A DNA stretch of 64,000 nucleotides from an uncultured bacterium. GTDB taxonomy: Bacteria > Patescibacteriota > Minisyncoccia > Phycocordibacterales > GWA1-40-21. This document shows, in pieces, positions 9,996 through 24,100 of the stretch. The notes below the pieces were generated by a model. That model did no database searches. It was not told where the DNA came from and saw only the letters and a program-made list of their open reading frames with translations. Within the stretch, counting starts at the first letter, position 1; the number at the start of each line of letters is the position of its first letter. Both the position numbers and the translations under genes were made by a program. Where the stretch lies: positions 108,906 to 172,905 of the forward strand of contig OY970290.1 in assembly GCA_963716205.1 (NCBI GenBank), given 5' to 3'.

Positions 9996-10017
9996 AGCCG
10001 CCGAAAGGCGGTTTTTT
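9996..10017 (+). terminator. intrinsic-terminator-like hairpin CCGCC-GAAA-GGCGG plus a T6 tract inside the 23S leader
   Basis: Perfect 5-bp GC stem with a GAAA tetraloop followed by TTTTTT. It lies about 100 nt downstream of the promoter above and before the 23S start. Confidence 0.4.
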
Positions 10018-10232
10018 AAATTCTGAACGACTGAAACTTGTCAATTAAATTCTGTCCTCGCATCACCAATTTTATCCATGATAAGTGGATACGAAGGGTC
10101 TTTTATAGATGCGGGAGACAGGCAGGTGAGTCAGGCAACTTTTTTTGAAGAGAGTTGCACTGACTTAAAACTTATCAAAATATTAATTTATTTTGATGAG
10201 CAATCTGTTATATGAATTAATTTTATATAACA

Positions 10233-13645
<3,413 letters not shown>

Positions 13646-13747
13646 AATTTAAAAAGTCACGTTCGCATGTTTTAACCTGTTATGTGAAATGAATTCAAAA
13701 AATATTTTTTTGAGTGATTTTCACAGTAGTTTGAGTTGAATTTTTTG

Positions 13748-13858
13748 TTCTGGTGCTTTGTCGCGGGTGTTACACCTGATCTCATTCCGAACTCAGCAGT
13801 TAAGCCCCGTTGAGGCGATGATACTCTCTCTGAAGGGGAAAGTAGCTAGGCGCCGGAA
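13748..13858 (+). rRNA. rrf: 5S ribosomal RNA
   Basis: CCTGATCTCATTCCGAACTCAGCAGTTAAGCCCCGTTGAGGCGATGATACTC matches the conserved 5S helix II-III/loop C region. It lies about 100 nt after the 23S 3' end. Confidence 0.8.
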
Positions 13859-13881
13859 CAAAGAATTGAACTCCTTGAATA

Positions 13882-13914
13882 AAAAAGAGCTCCCACAAAT
13901 GGGAGTTTTTTGCT
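13882..13914 (+). terminator. rho-independent terminator after the 5S rRNA
   Basis: GAGCTCCCACAAATGGGAGTTTTTTGC: a stem CTCCCA/TGGGAG followed by a T-run. Confidence 0.7.
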
Positions 13915-13940
13915 ATAATACGTTTCAATATTTAATTTTT

Positions 13941-14702
13941 ATGTCCTGGGCAAGCCGAAGAAAAACAACATATATACTTATTTTTTTCATCATCGTAATC
14001 GTTATTATCGCTGCCATCGCGTTTTTCTTTTTCTACAAACCAGCATCGTGTTTTGACGGCATTCAAAACGAAGGCGAGACAGGGATTGATTGCGGCGGGC
14101 CATGCGCCATGCTTTGCCGCGCAAATTATGCCAATCCGACTGTGCTGTGGACGCAGTGGTCAAAAGTGACGAGCTCTGGCACTTACAATCTTTTGGCGTA
14201 CGCTGAGAATCCAAACATCGGTGTCGGCGCTACAAATGTTCCGTATGAATTTAAAATCTACGATACCAACAATATTTTGCTTGATGATGAAAAAGGCACT
14301 GCTTCGATCCCGGCAAATAATAATTTCGTCGTCTTCGTGCCGGGCATCAATATTTTTGATAAAATTCCGGCGCGGATTGATTTTGCATTTTCAAATGCGA
14401 TTATCTGGCAAAAAATTCCGGATCTTGAACAGGGGATTAATCTGGTTTCAAGCACGCTGACAAACGAAGATACCGCGCCGAAATTATTCGCTACATTGCA
14501 AAATACCACCGTAAGCACTATAAATAATATTCAGTCCGTGGCTATTATCTATGATCAAAACAACAATGCAATCGCCTTTTCAAAAACCGTGACGGATTCA
14601 ATCGGTCCGAATGCAAGCGCCAATATCGTTTTTACCTGGCCAGAGCCATTTTCCGCGCCGGTCTACAAGACCGATATTATTTCCCAGGTTTTATCCCAAT
14701 AA
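13941..14702 (+). CDS. membrane-anchored Cys-containing extracytoplasmic protein of unknown function, immediately upstream of the SEDS gene
   Basis: The track ORF 13758..14702 overlaps the 5S rRNA. The first ATG after the terminator (13941) gives MSWASRRKTTYILIFFIIVIVIIAAIAFFFFYK (transmembrane anchor), then CFDGIQNEGETGIDCGGPCAMLC. It ends 6 nt before the rodA/ftsW-like gene. Confidence 0.5.
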   Translation: MSWASRRKTTYILIFFIIVIVIIAAIAFFFFYKPASCFDGIQNEGETGIDCGGPCAMLCRANYANPTVLWTQWSKVTSSGTYNLLAYAENPNIGVGATNVPYEFKIYDTNNILLDDEKGTASIPANNNFVVFVPGINIFDKIPARIDFAFSNAIIWQKIPDLEQGINLVSSTLTNEDTAPKLFATLQNTTVSTINNIQSVAIIYDQNNNAIAFSKTVTDSIGPNASANIVFTWPEPFSAPVYKTDIISQVLSQ

Positions 14703-14708
14703 CATATT

Positions 14709-15872
14709 ATGCTGCCGGAAAAAAGAAACACTCCTCGGTCCGGATTTTTTTCAATGTTTTCCGATGTCAATGTCGACTGGATCATGCTCGGTTCTGTCCT
14801 TGTCATTTCTTTTTTCGGCCTCTTGACGATGACATCATTTAACGGAGACAATACTTATATTGTCAAACAAATTTTGTGGATTTTGATTTCCGTATTCGTT
14901 TTTTTCTATTTGAGCACTCTTGATTATGGCTTTTTGAAAAAAACCAAAGTGGTCACCTGGATTTTTGTCATTTCGATTATTTTACTGGTGACACTTTTTG
15001 CCGTCGGTCATATCGCGAAAGGTGCGGAGAAATGGTTTGCCATCGGCGGGCTTTCATTTCAACCGTCCGATCCCATCAAGCTCGGTCTCATTATTATTCT
15101 GGCGAAATATTTTTCCCGGCGACATGTGGAAATCGCAAATATCCGGCATATTCTGGTGTCGGGTTTTTATGCACTTGTCATTTGCGCATTGATTTTCTTG
15201 CAGCCGGATTTCGGAAGCGCGCTTATCGTATTTTTTATCTGGCTCGGAATGATTTTGGTTTCCGGTGTTTCCAAAAAACATTTGTTTGCCGTATTTTTCC
15301 TCGGACTCACGGCTTTTTCCGTATTGTGGTTTTACGGATTGAGGGATTATCAAAAACAGCGCATTATTAATTTTGTCCATCCGCTTTCTGATATCCAAGG
15401 GTCCGGATACAATGCGTATCAAGCGACGATCGCCATCGGTTCCGGCGAGCTGCTCGGCAAGGGAATCGGCTACGGCACTCAATCGCGCCTGAAATTTTTG
15501 CCGGAATATCGCACTGATTTTATTTTTGCTGCTTTCGCCGAAGAATGGGGGCTTGTCGGCGTCGGAATCTTATTTTTATTTTTCGGCATTTTGATATGGA
15601 GAATATTGAGGAATGCGTATTACGGAGCGACAAATTTTGAAATTCTTTTCGGACTCGGTCTTGCAATCATGTTTATGAGTCATTTCATCGTAAATGTCGG
15701 AATGTGCCTCGGACTTATGCCGGTAACGGGAATTAATTTTCCTTTTATGAGCTACGGCGGGACCAATCTTCTCGCCTCATTTACCGGTCTCGGAATACTT
15801 ATGGGAATGAGCAGATACCGACGAAGTGCGCATAAAGAAGCGACAGAAAAAGAATTTTTAGGACTCGAATAA
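14709..15872 (+). CDS. SEDS-family peptidoglycan glycosyltransferase (RodA/FtsW)
   Basis: 387-aa polytopic membrane protein with an FtsW/RodA/SpoVE-family core (PDFGSALIVFFIWLGMI..., GYGTQSRLKFLPEYRTDFIFAAFAEEWG). The true start may lie downstream of 14709. Confidence 0.8.
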   Translation: MLPEKRNTPRSGFFSMFSDVNVDWIMLGSVLVISFFGLLTMTSFNGDNTYIVKQILWILISVFVFFYLSTLDYGFLKKTKVVTWIFVISIILLVTLFAVGHIAKGAEKWFAIGGLSFQPSDPIKLGLIIILAKYFSRRHVEIANIRHILVSGFYALVICALIFLQPDFGSALIVFFIWLGMILVSGVSKKHLFAVFFLGLTAFSVLWFYGLRDYQKQRIINFVHPLSDIQGSGYNAYQATIAIGSGELLGKGIGYGTQSRLKFLPEYRTDFIFAAFAEEWGLVGVGILFLFFGILIWRILRNAYYGATNFEILFGLGLAIMFMSHFIVNVGMCLGLMPVTGINFPFMSYGGTNLLASFTGLGILMGMSRYRRSAHKEATEKEFLGLE

Positions 15873-15911
15873 CACTCTTGATAATTTGTTTCTGATATTT
15901 TACAATATACA

Positions 15912-18900
15912 GTGATGAGACTGCAAAAAACATACAGATATACTGCATTTTCGCTGTTCGCTTTGTTTGTTTTTTTGCTTGCTTCCCGCTATGTTTCCGC
16001 TACTATTTATAATCCCGGTGAGACGCTCAATCCTGATTGCATAATGGGATCGAGTAATTGCGGAGTGGATCTTTTTTCTTCATTTATTCCTTATACCGGA
16101 GCGACAACGACCATCGATCTCAACAGTCAATTACTTACCAATGTCAGTGCTTTGAATGTTACAAGTACGACAACAATCGGTCAATCGGTCCTTATAACTT
16201 CTGGAAATCCTGATGGAATCGGTACCTCCTCTCAAGATACCGGAAGTAATTTACTTGCAGAAGGAAGTATTTATGATTTTCATATTTACTCTTATAGAAT
16301 GGTGAATGGTGTACAAGTTTTTTCTCAAAACTACACGGACATTCCATTTACTGATGATAATCTTGGCGGAACTTATAGTATTGGATTGACGTGGGACACG
16401 GTGCCGGGAGTGAGCGGATATAGAGTGGTAATCGTTCGAGATGACGAGGATGCTTATTACAGCGATCATTCAATAGATACTACAAATGATACGATTGAAT
16501 ATGATGGACTTACCGATGTTAATCCGACCAGTAATGTAAGCCCGTCTTCTTATGTGTATTCTTCCGGCGGTTTTTTACAAGTTGATGGTTCAGGCAGCAT
16601 AGCAGGCAATGTAACCATCAATAATGATCTTACGAGCGCGACAACAAAACCGGCGACCGCTCTGACCGTTTCAGGGACAATTTTTAATGATATTGGCAAT
16701 TCATCCCAGATTTCTCAGATCGCCACCACATCTGTTGGAAATGATCCGCAAGGAATTGCTATTTCCGGCAAATATTTATATGTAACGAATCAAAATGATA
16801 ACACCTTGTCTGTTGTTAATATTTCGGATCCTCATCATCCAATACAGATTGCCACAACTTCTGTTCCCAATGGTCCCAATCATATTGTTGTTTCAGGTAA
16901 TTACTTATATATAGGTCTTGATGGAGGTTCCGGTCACATTCCCACGTGTACCTCCGGAGAAGATTGTGTAGCTATTATAGATGTTTCAAATCATTTTTAC
17001 CCAATAATAACCGCTATTGTTAATGTCGGGGAGGGTCCATACGATATCGCTATTTCTGGAAAATATCTTTATGCGGTTAATAATGTTGGCCACGCCATCT
17101 CTATAACAGATATTTCAAATCCTTATAATCCTTTTAACATCGCCTCCTTATCTGTTGGAAACACACCAAACGGTATTGTTATATCCAGTCACTATGCTTA
17201 TATAACTGACACAAATAACAATGATATTTATACTGTTGATATTTCAAATCCGTATCATCCAGTGCAAATTGCCACAACCTCGGTTGGAAATAATCCTTTA
17301 GGTGTTGCGATTTCAGCTCCATATCTTTATGTAGTTAATGAAAGTGACAATGATATTTCTATTGTTGATATTTCAAATCCGTATCATCCAGTGCAAATTG
17401 CCACCACTTCCACGTTATTTGGTACTTCAATTGGCGGTGATCCTGAAAATATTGTTGTCTCTGGCCGATATGCTTATGTAACGAATCCAATCGGTAATAC
17501 TTTCTCGGTTATAGATGTTTCGAATCCTTATTATCCGATACCGATTGCTGATACTATAGTCGGAAATTCTCCAAATAATCTTGCTGTTTCAGGAAAATAT
17601 GGCTATACAGTTAATACAAATGACGGTACCATTTCAGTCATTGATCTTGGAGGTATTGATACAGGGAATCTTTCAGCCGGTGCACTTGAAGCAGGAAATA
17701 TAAATGTCGACAATAATATTGATGTTGCGGGTTCCGTAAATATCGGCACTGCGCTTTCTGTTGGAGCTGGAGGAATTCTTTCCAACGGAGATCTTTCGGT
17801 AAACGGCACAACCACCACTTCAGGCTTGAAGATTTCAAATCTTTCAAACACTTTCCTTGCAGTTGACGCAGATGGAAATGTTATAGCTGCTTCATCATCG
17901 TTTTCACGTGTTTTTATTTACGCTTCAAGTTTGCCAGGTATTCATGACAATTCAAACCTAACAACTGGTGGTGGTACGGACGATACTGCGGTTTTGCAAT
18001 CAGCCATTAATAATATTTCTTCATACGGCGGCGGAACACTCGTTATTGACGGTGTTTTTCTTGTTTCTGGTTTGGTCGTTCCAAGCAATATCACGATTGA
18101 AGGCCTCGGATGGAATACGGGCTTCTATCGATCAAACTATGCCGATGTTCCGATTATCAGAAATGCAGACCCGTCGACCACTACAGTTATGGACAAAAAC
18201 ATTCAGATGATCAACTTTGCCGTAAACGCCAACGGAGGTAATCAAAATGGTTGCCCGCTTTTGACTGAGGGTGATTACTTCGTCCAAGGTATTGCCATGT
18301 ATGGCGTAGATAATGTAACCCTCGATAATTTGCATTTCATTAATACCAACGAAGTCGTCAGCAATTTCACTGGTGCTATAGCGGGTTGTAGTGCAGATAA
18401 CGACTCAAATTATAATTACGCGTTTTTCTTTAGTAACTGGTCTAATATTACCGTTGAAAACAGTTATATTGAACAAGGTATGCTTTCCGGAAATGATGGA
18501 ATACATTTTATCGGCTCAGGAAATAACGCAATCATCAAAAATGTAAGAGGTTACAGCGGTGATGATTTCATAGCTTTTAATAGCAGTGATTATCATGACT
18601 ATTCAAGTCCTAATTCCCCTAGCTGGGTTATTGAGGATGGTCCACAATCAAACATTTTGGTTGATGGAGTTAACCTTCAGAATTCAACAGAAGGAATTTC
18701 TTTCTTGAGTGGTTACGATATCTCAAATGTTCGTGTCGAGAATATTACAGGTACAACGACTGCAGAAACCATACATTTCTGGAACTGGTATGGCGGTAGC
18801 GGTTCAGTCAAAGATATTATTTTTGACAATGTGAATGCTGTGAGCACAGGAGATTATGTTTTTAAGATGGAAGTCGGCTCGAGAATTGATAACATGCAAA

Positions 18901-21122
18901 TTTCAAATTCTAGATGGGAAAACCAAATAGCGAACGGTCCATCATGGATAGGTGTTGATGGGACTGTTATTAATGATTTGCAAATAAACAATATGATCGT
19001 TGATGAGCCAACAACCGGAACGGATGCAGAGTCTTTAATTGGTTTAGTTGGCAGCAGTGCCTCAATCGGATCACTTGCAATTAACGGTCTTGATTGGGAA
19101 CGACCATCGGGTTCGAATCCAGCGGGTTACTATATTCTATCCGGAAATGGAGCAATTAACAGCACATCTATTGCTGATATTAACATTCCGCTTTTGAGCG
19201 GAATTGCCGAAAGTACTTTAACTATATCTACAAATCAAACAACTATGGGTGGCAGTTTGGTTGTTCCTGGATCTGTTTCAATTGGTAACAATGCACTTTT
19301 TCTCCAAGCTGGAAGTATTATGTCAACAGGAACAATGGCAATTGATGCGACGAATATTGGTATCAATACAGCTAATCCCGCAAATACACTTGATGTGAAC
19401 GGTACATTCGATGTCTCTATTCCTTTAGTAACTGAAACAGGGGCAATGGTCAGTACAAACGGCACTGATACCGTCCTTACTTATAATGGTTCTGGAACAT
19501 TTGATCCGGGAGCGTATGTAAGCGAGGTACAAGTTTTAGTTGTCGGAGGAGGGGGCGGAGGAGGAGCAAAAAGAGCGGGCGGCGGCGGCGGCGGCGGAGT
19601 TATTTATGATGCAACACATTCAGTTACAAATAATATATATACAATTACAGTTGGGGCTGGCGGAGCCAGAGACACAACAGAAAATGGCGGCTCAAATGGA
19701 TCAAATTCCATATTTGATAATTTAACCGCTATTGGTGGTGGTGGAGGAGGAGGAGATAATTCTAATGATGGTCATAACGGTGGCTCAGGCGGCGGCGGTG
19801 GTGCGGATAATGGCATTGGTACCGGAGGTTCTGGCACTATTGGTCAAGGAAACAATGGGGGCAGTGGTAATACAGCTGGAGAAGGTGGCGGAGGTGGTGG
19901 TGGTGCAGGCGGGGTTGGGGTGGCCAGTACAACTTACGGCATGGGTGGAAATGGCGGAAACGGCATTTTAAACTCAATCACAGGAACATCTACTTATTAT
20001 GGAGGTGGCGGAGGTGGCGGAGGTTTCTCAAGTGGTTATGCTGGAGGTATTGGAGGAGAAGGCGGCGGCGGAGCCGGTTCAGAGTCAAGCGGAGTTTCTG
20101 GTTTGAATGGAACAGATGGCTTAGGTGGTGGAGGTGGCGGAGGAAATGATTCAGCTGATGGAGGGACTGGCGGCAGGGGTGTGGTAATTATTTCATATCC
20201 AACAAATGATACTGCGATCAAAGCACTTACTATTATGAATTCTGGCAACATCGGCATCGGCACCACCACACCATCAGCCACTCTAACCATCGTCGGCAAT
20301 CCTGCAAGTACAACATTAAGACTTGCGAATTTCGGCGCAGGAACTCTCATGACCGACAGTCTTGGAAACGTCTACGACAATTCCGATGAACGATTAAAGA
20401 ATATTATCGGTACCTCAACCATCGGTCTTAACGAACTCGAAGGATTAACTCCCATCAACTACTATTGGAATGCCACCTCCGGTCTTGATATGACAGATGA
20501 AAACACCGGCTTTTCCGCACAGAATGTAGAGCAATATATTCCAAACGCAGTCGCCACCGATACACGAGGCTACTTAACTCTTCAAGATCGTCCGATCATT
20601 GCGGCACTCGTCAATGCGGTGAAAGAAATCGGATCATTCATCAGTACTATTGGAAATGGTCTTGCTCACCTGACCGGTATTGCTATCGGCACTTCCGACA
20701 AACCGGAGGGGATTACGATGTATGACGAGTCTACGGGACAGCCGTATTGCGTTGTCATTAATAATGGAATTTTGGTTAATAATCCGGGTGAGTGTACGAC
20801 AAAAAATTCATCGGTAGGCACGTCAGTAAGCACGACTGAAAGTATCACTACTACTTCAACGGATGAAATACCGGTTGAAAATTCTTCATCAAGTTCTACT
20901 CCGGCGACAAACACTCCCGATATCGCGAGTTCAACTGAATCCGCCTCATCCACCCAATCCATAACGGGCACTGATGCTTCCACAACTCCACAAGTATCAA
21001 CAAGTACTTCTGCTCTTGCGACAACAACACTCGAAGATATCATCGCTACGACAACTGAAAACACGGCTTCGTCGTCCGATGAGACTGATGCAACGAATAC
21101 GGCAACAAGCACCGGATCGTAA
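15912..21122 (+). CDS. giant secreted fibre-like protein 1 (1736 aa)
   Basis: N-terminal hydrophobic signal/anchor plus a conserved IYNPGETLNPDC.MGSSNCG motif. About 8 repeats of ISNPYHPVQIATTSVGN.P.G.A.S..Y.YV (LVIVD/beta-propeller-like, nt about 16660-17620). A PF12708-like signature DDTAVLQSAINNISSYGGGTLVIDGVFLVSGLVVPSNITIEG (nt about 17980-19060). A poly-Gly region (nt about 19540-20170). A C-terminal module with [12 protein letters not shown]...[10 protein letters not shown]...[15 protein letters not shown]...[18 protein letters not shown] that matches the endosialidase / tail-fibre intramolecular chaperone (S74) pattern. A Ser/Thr-rich tail. Confidence 0.85.
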   Translation: MMRLQKTYRYTAFSLFALFVFLLASRYVSATIYNPGETLNPDCIMGSSNCGVDLFSSFIPYTGATTTIDLNSQLLTNVSALNVTSTTTIGQSVLITSGNPDGIGTSSQDTGSNLLAEGSIYDFHIYSYRMVNGVQVFSQNYTDIPFTDDNLGGTYSIGLTWDTVPGVSGYRVVIVRDDEDAYYSDHSIDTTNDTIEYDGLTDVNPTSNVSPSSYVYSSGGFLQVDGSGSIAGNVTINNDLTSATTKPATALTVSGTIFNDIGNSSQISQIATTSVGNDPQGIAISGKYLYVTNQNDNTLSVVNISDPHHPIQIATTSVPNGPNHIVVSGNYLYIGLDGGSGHIPTCTSGEDCVAIIDVSNHFYPIITAIVNVGEGPYDIAISGKYLYAVNNVGHAISITDISNPYNPFNIASLSVGNTPNGIVISSHYAYITDTNNNDIYTVDISNPYHPVQIATTSVGNNPLGVAISAPYLYVVNESDNDISIVDISNPYHPVQIATTSTLFGTSIGGDPENIVVSGRYAYVTNPIGNTFSVIDVSNPYYPIPIADTIVGNSPNNLAVSGKYGYTVNTNDGTISVIDLGGIDTGNLSAGALEAGNINVDNNIDVAGSVNIGTALSVGAGGILSNGDLSVNGTTTTSGLKISNLSNTFLAVDADGNVIAASSSFSRVFIYASSLPGIHDNSNLTTGGGTDDTAVLQSAINNISSYGGGTLVIDGVFLVSGLVVPSNITIEGLGWNTGFYRSNYADVPIIRNADPSTTTVMDKNIQMINFAVNANGGNQNGCPLLTEGDYFVQGIAMYGVDNVTLDNLHFINTNEVVSNFTGAIAGCSADNDSNYNYAFFFSNWSNITVENSYIEQGMLSGNDGIHFIGSGNNAIIKNVRGYSGDDFIAFNSSDYHDYSSPNSPSWVIEDGPQSNILVDGVNLQNSTEGISFLSGYDISNVRVENITGTTTAETIHFWNWYGGSGSVKDIIFDNVNAVSTGDYVFKMEVGSRIDNMQISNSRWENQIANGPSWIGVDGTVINDLQINNMIVDEPTTGTDAESLIGLVGSSASIGSLAINGLDWERPSGSNPAGYYILSGNGAINSTSIADINIPLLSGIAESTLTISTNQTTMGGSLVVPGSVSIGNNALFLQAGSIMSTGTMAIDATNIGINTANPANTLDVNGTFDVSIPLVTETGAMVSTNGTDTVLTYNGSGTFDPGAYVSEVQVLVVGGGGGGGAKRAGGGGGGGVIYDATHSVTNNIYTITVGAGGARDTTENGGSNGSNSIFDNLTAIGGGGGGGDNSNDGHNGGSGGGGGADNGIGTGGSGTIGQGNNGGSGNTAGEGGGGGGGAGGVGVASTTYGMGGNGGNGILNSITGTSTYYGGGGGGGGFSSGYAGGIGGEGGGGAGSESSGVSGLNGTDGLGGGGGGGNDSADGGTGGRGVVIISYPTNDTAIKALTIMNSGNIGIGTTTPSATLTIVGNPASTTLRLANFGAGTLMTDSLGNVYDNSDERLKNIIGTSTIGLNELEGLTPINYYWNATSGLDMTDENTGFSAQNVEQYIPNAVATDTRGYLTLQDRPIIAALVNAVKEIGSFISTIGNGLAHLTGIAIGTSDKPEGITMYDESTGQPYCVVINNGILVNNPGECTTKNSSVGTSVSTTESITTTSTDEIPVENSSSSSTPATNTPDIASSTESASSTQSITGTDASTTPQVSTSTSALATTTLEDIIATTTENTASSSDETDATNTATSTGS
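17805..17895 (+). repeat. connector module (A/L)[10 protein letters not shown](K/N)[13 protein letters not shown](D/N)GNV(I/V)A, copy 1 of 3
   Basis: The same 30-35-aa module recurs at 23440..23555 and 24610..24725 inside giant protein 2. DNA identity is partial; codon usage differs. Confidence 0.6.
20251..20723 (+). repeat. 473-nt block encoding the intramolecular-chaperone module, copy A
   Basis: Almost identical to 25851..26323. The core (about 20385..20608 versus 25985..26208) is identical as far as I can read. The flanks differ only by synonymous third-position changes. Confidence 0.85.
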
Positions 21123-21178
21123 TTGATAATCTGATTTTTCTGTTCTATAATACATGTGAGTATTGCCAAGATTTTCAC

Positions 21179-24100
21179 ATGAACAGCAAACAAAAATTTC
21201 TTCAAACAAAGAGATTACGATACGCACTCTATATAGTGTTTTCGCTTTTATTTGTATTTTCTCTTCAAAGAGCTTTTGCTGATATTTACGCTCCGGGAGC
21301 GACGCTTAATCCGGACTGCACCATGGGTTCGGCAAATTGCGGGATAGATTTCAGTCTTTCTTCAAGTTCAGAACCTCTTTTTCTCGCAGCTTCTTCATCC
21401 CTTCTTTCTACCACGTCTGCTTCCGCACTGTATGTTCCATATACCGGAGCGAATCAAAACATTGATATTGGAACAAATAATTTGCTTGGAGACAATGTTC
21501 TTACTCTTCAATCTCCAAACGGATTTGCGTTTTCAGGAAACGCGACCGATAGTTTGGCGTTTGATTTGAATAACAGTGAAGTATTTTCGACTTTTAATAA
21601 TAGCAGTACAAACGCGAACGGCACGATTCAAGTTAATCCGGGTGACTTTGAAGCAAATTTTAACGATGGTTCAGGGAACAATGGAAATTTAGAGGTTTCA
21701 AATACCGGTGCCAATATAGATTTTTCTGATGGGAGCAATGGCAACGGAGGTTTCAGTTTAAATTCAGACGGAATGGATTATGGTTTTGGCAGTAGCGGCG
21801 GCGGAGGGGGTTTTGAAGTAAGCCCGGCATATTTTAGTTTTGATTCCGGTGACAGCAACAGTGATGATGTTGCTATTAACGTAGACAGCAGTGAGAGCTA
21901 CTCTTCATTTAATAATGGCAACGGAGCAAGTGGAAATCTTTTTGTTAATCCGGGTGACTTTGAGGCAAATTTTAACGATGGTTCAGGAAATTCCGGCAGT
22001 TTGAATGCCGCAAACAGCGAATTTGATTATCATGCCCAGACAAGCAACGGCATCGTTTCTGGTTTTGGAGACAATCAATCCAACTTTTTTATTGAAGACG
22101 CGAGCGGTACTAATAATTTCTTCATCGATCCGAATACGAGCAAAGGAAATACCATTCTCTCATCCGCGGGGAATATTGATTTTACTTCAAATGTAAGTAT
22201 TGGATCAATGATCAATACTAGCTCGAATGATAGCGTAAGCACCAGTTCAATATTAGGAATTCTCACTCCATCGGGGGCGTATACCGCTTTCGGAGATTCA
22301 ATCACGAATGGTTCGGGAGGATCACAACAATCTAATGCATACGTCAATTTGATATCCACAGATTTGGGAGTTACCAATCTGGTCAATTATGGATATCCGG
22401 GAGATTTTGCCTGCAATGTGGCGACGGAACAAGTTTTTCCGAATGAAAATCCGAATAATACTTCCAATCCCATTTATACTTTGATGGTAGGCACGAATGA
22501 AGCTATCAATAAAGGTGCGGGATCATACGAATCAGTATATGAAGCATGCGATCAAGCATCGCTTGCATGGCTTGCTGTTCCATCAGAGAATAAAGTATTC
22601 GGTACAAGCAGTTCAGTCGTACTTGCCGGATCATGGACTAATAGCAATACCTATACAACCGGCAGAGGCACATACCCAACCGTGGGAATCCAATCATCAA
22701 CCAACGGATCGGTGGCAACATTTCCGATCACGACGACCGGCGGACCAATTTATATTTGGTATCGTATTATTGATGGCAATGGCGGAACATTCACATACCA
22801 GCTTGATGGTGGATCGGCGGTATCAGAAAATGCATTTACCAATCCGGAAGTGGATGATAATAACAATGGCAATCAAGGCATTGCGCTTGCGAGAATCACA
22901 GGAGTTTCAGCCGGTTCCCATACTATTGCAATCACGGTTACTTCAGCCACCAATTCCGGCAATCTCGTGCCTATCATTGCGGTCGGTACTGCGCCGAGTA
23001 GTATTTCTTCCGGTTCACCGAAAGTTTTTCCTAGCGGCTTGATATATTATCAGGATGACGAGCTTTCAGCCTCAACTGCGGCATATAATGCTGACGCGCT
23101 TGCCGATGCAGATTTGCTTGCGGACGACGGTCTTCCCATTTATCCGGTCAATGTAAGAAATTATTTTACTATCGCATATGATGTTTCCGGAATATTCGGC
23201 GGACCGCATCCGAATGATCTCGGACACTCTCTCATACGAGATGCTTTTGAAGCGGAGATGCTGCAAGTCGCTGAGGATCTATCGACATCAAGTGAAAACA
23301 GTCTTTCTCTTCCATCCGTTGCATTTCAAGTATCTACCACAAGCAGTGCGGATGGTGTTGCCGATTTTATTTCATCTTCCGGACAGTCCGCACTCTATAT
23401 TGGAGCCGATGGAAATATCAGTATCGGCACCACCACTCCAACCACAGCGCTTTCTGTCATCGGCACGACAACGACAAGCGGTTTGAATATTTCAAATCTT
23501 TCAAACACTTTTCTCGCCGTTGATGCAAATGGAAATGTTGTTGCGACGACGAGTCCATCAGGCGGATCATCCCAATGGGCAACAACAAGTGTTGGTGTTG
23601 GTTATGATGTCCCGGGCATTTATTATAATATCGGCAATGTCGGCATCGGCACAACAAATCCGAACGATGAGCTTGTTGTTACCGGAACATCGACAACAGA
23701 TACCGTTGCATATTTTGGCGGTAATGCTGATATAGCTGGCAATGCTGTGATCGGTAATACAAACACTCTTGCTCAAGGTTTGTTTTTACTTGTCGGTCAC
23801 AGATACGCTCCTAATCTTCAGCAGATAAACATTGAGTCAAGCGATGACGGAATAAATTTCTCCGATTTTGAGCAAAATCCTATTTGGTCAAATCCTGACA
23901 ATGATTCTCCGGCCATTGCTGCTGCCCGAGACCCGTCCATTGTCTATTATCACAATATTTATTATATGGTTTATAGCGCAATACCGTATAATGGAGGCTT
24001 TGATTCGAATACTGTTTTTGGGCTGGCGACTTCTTCTGATTTGAAAAATTGGAATTTCGTCGGGGATATTTCCGTTACCTCAATCGGGACGGTGTATTGG

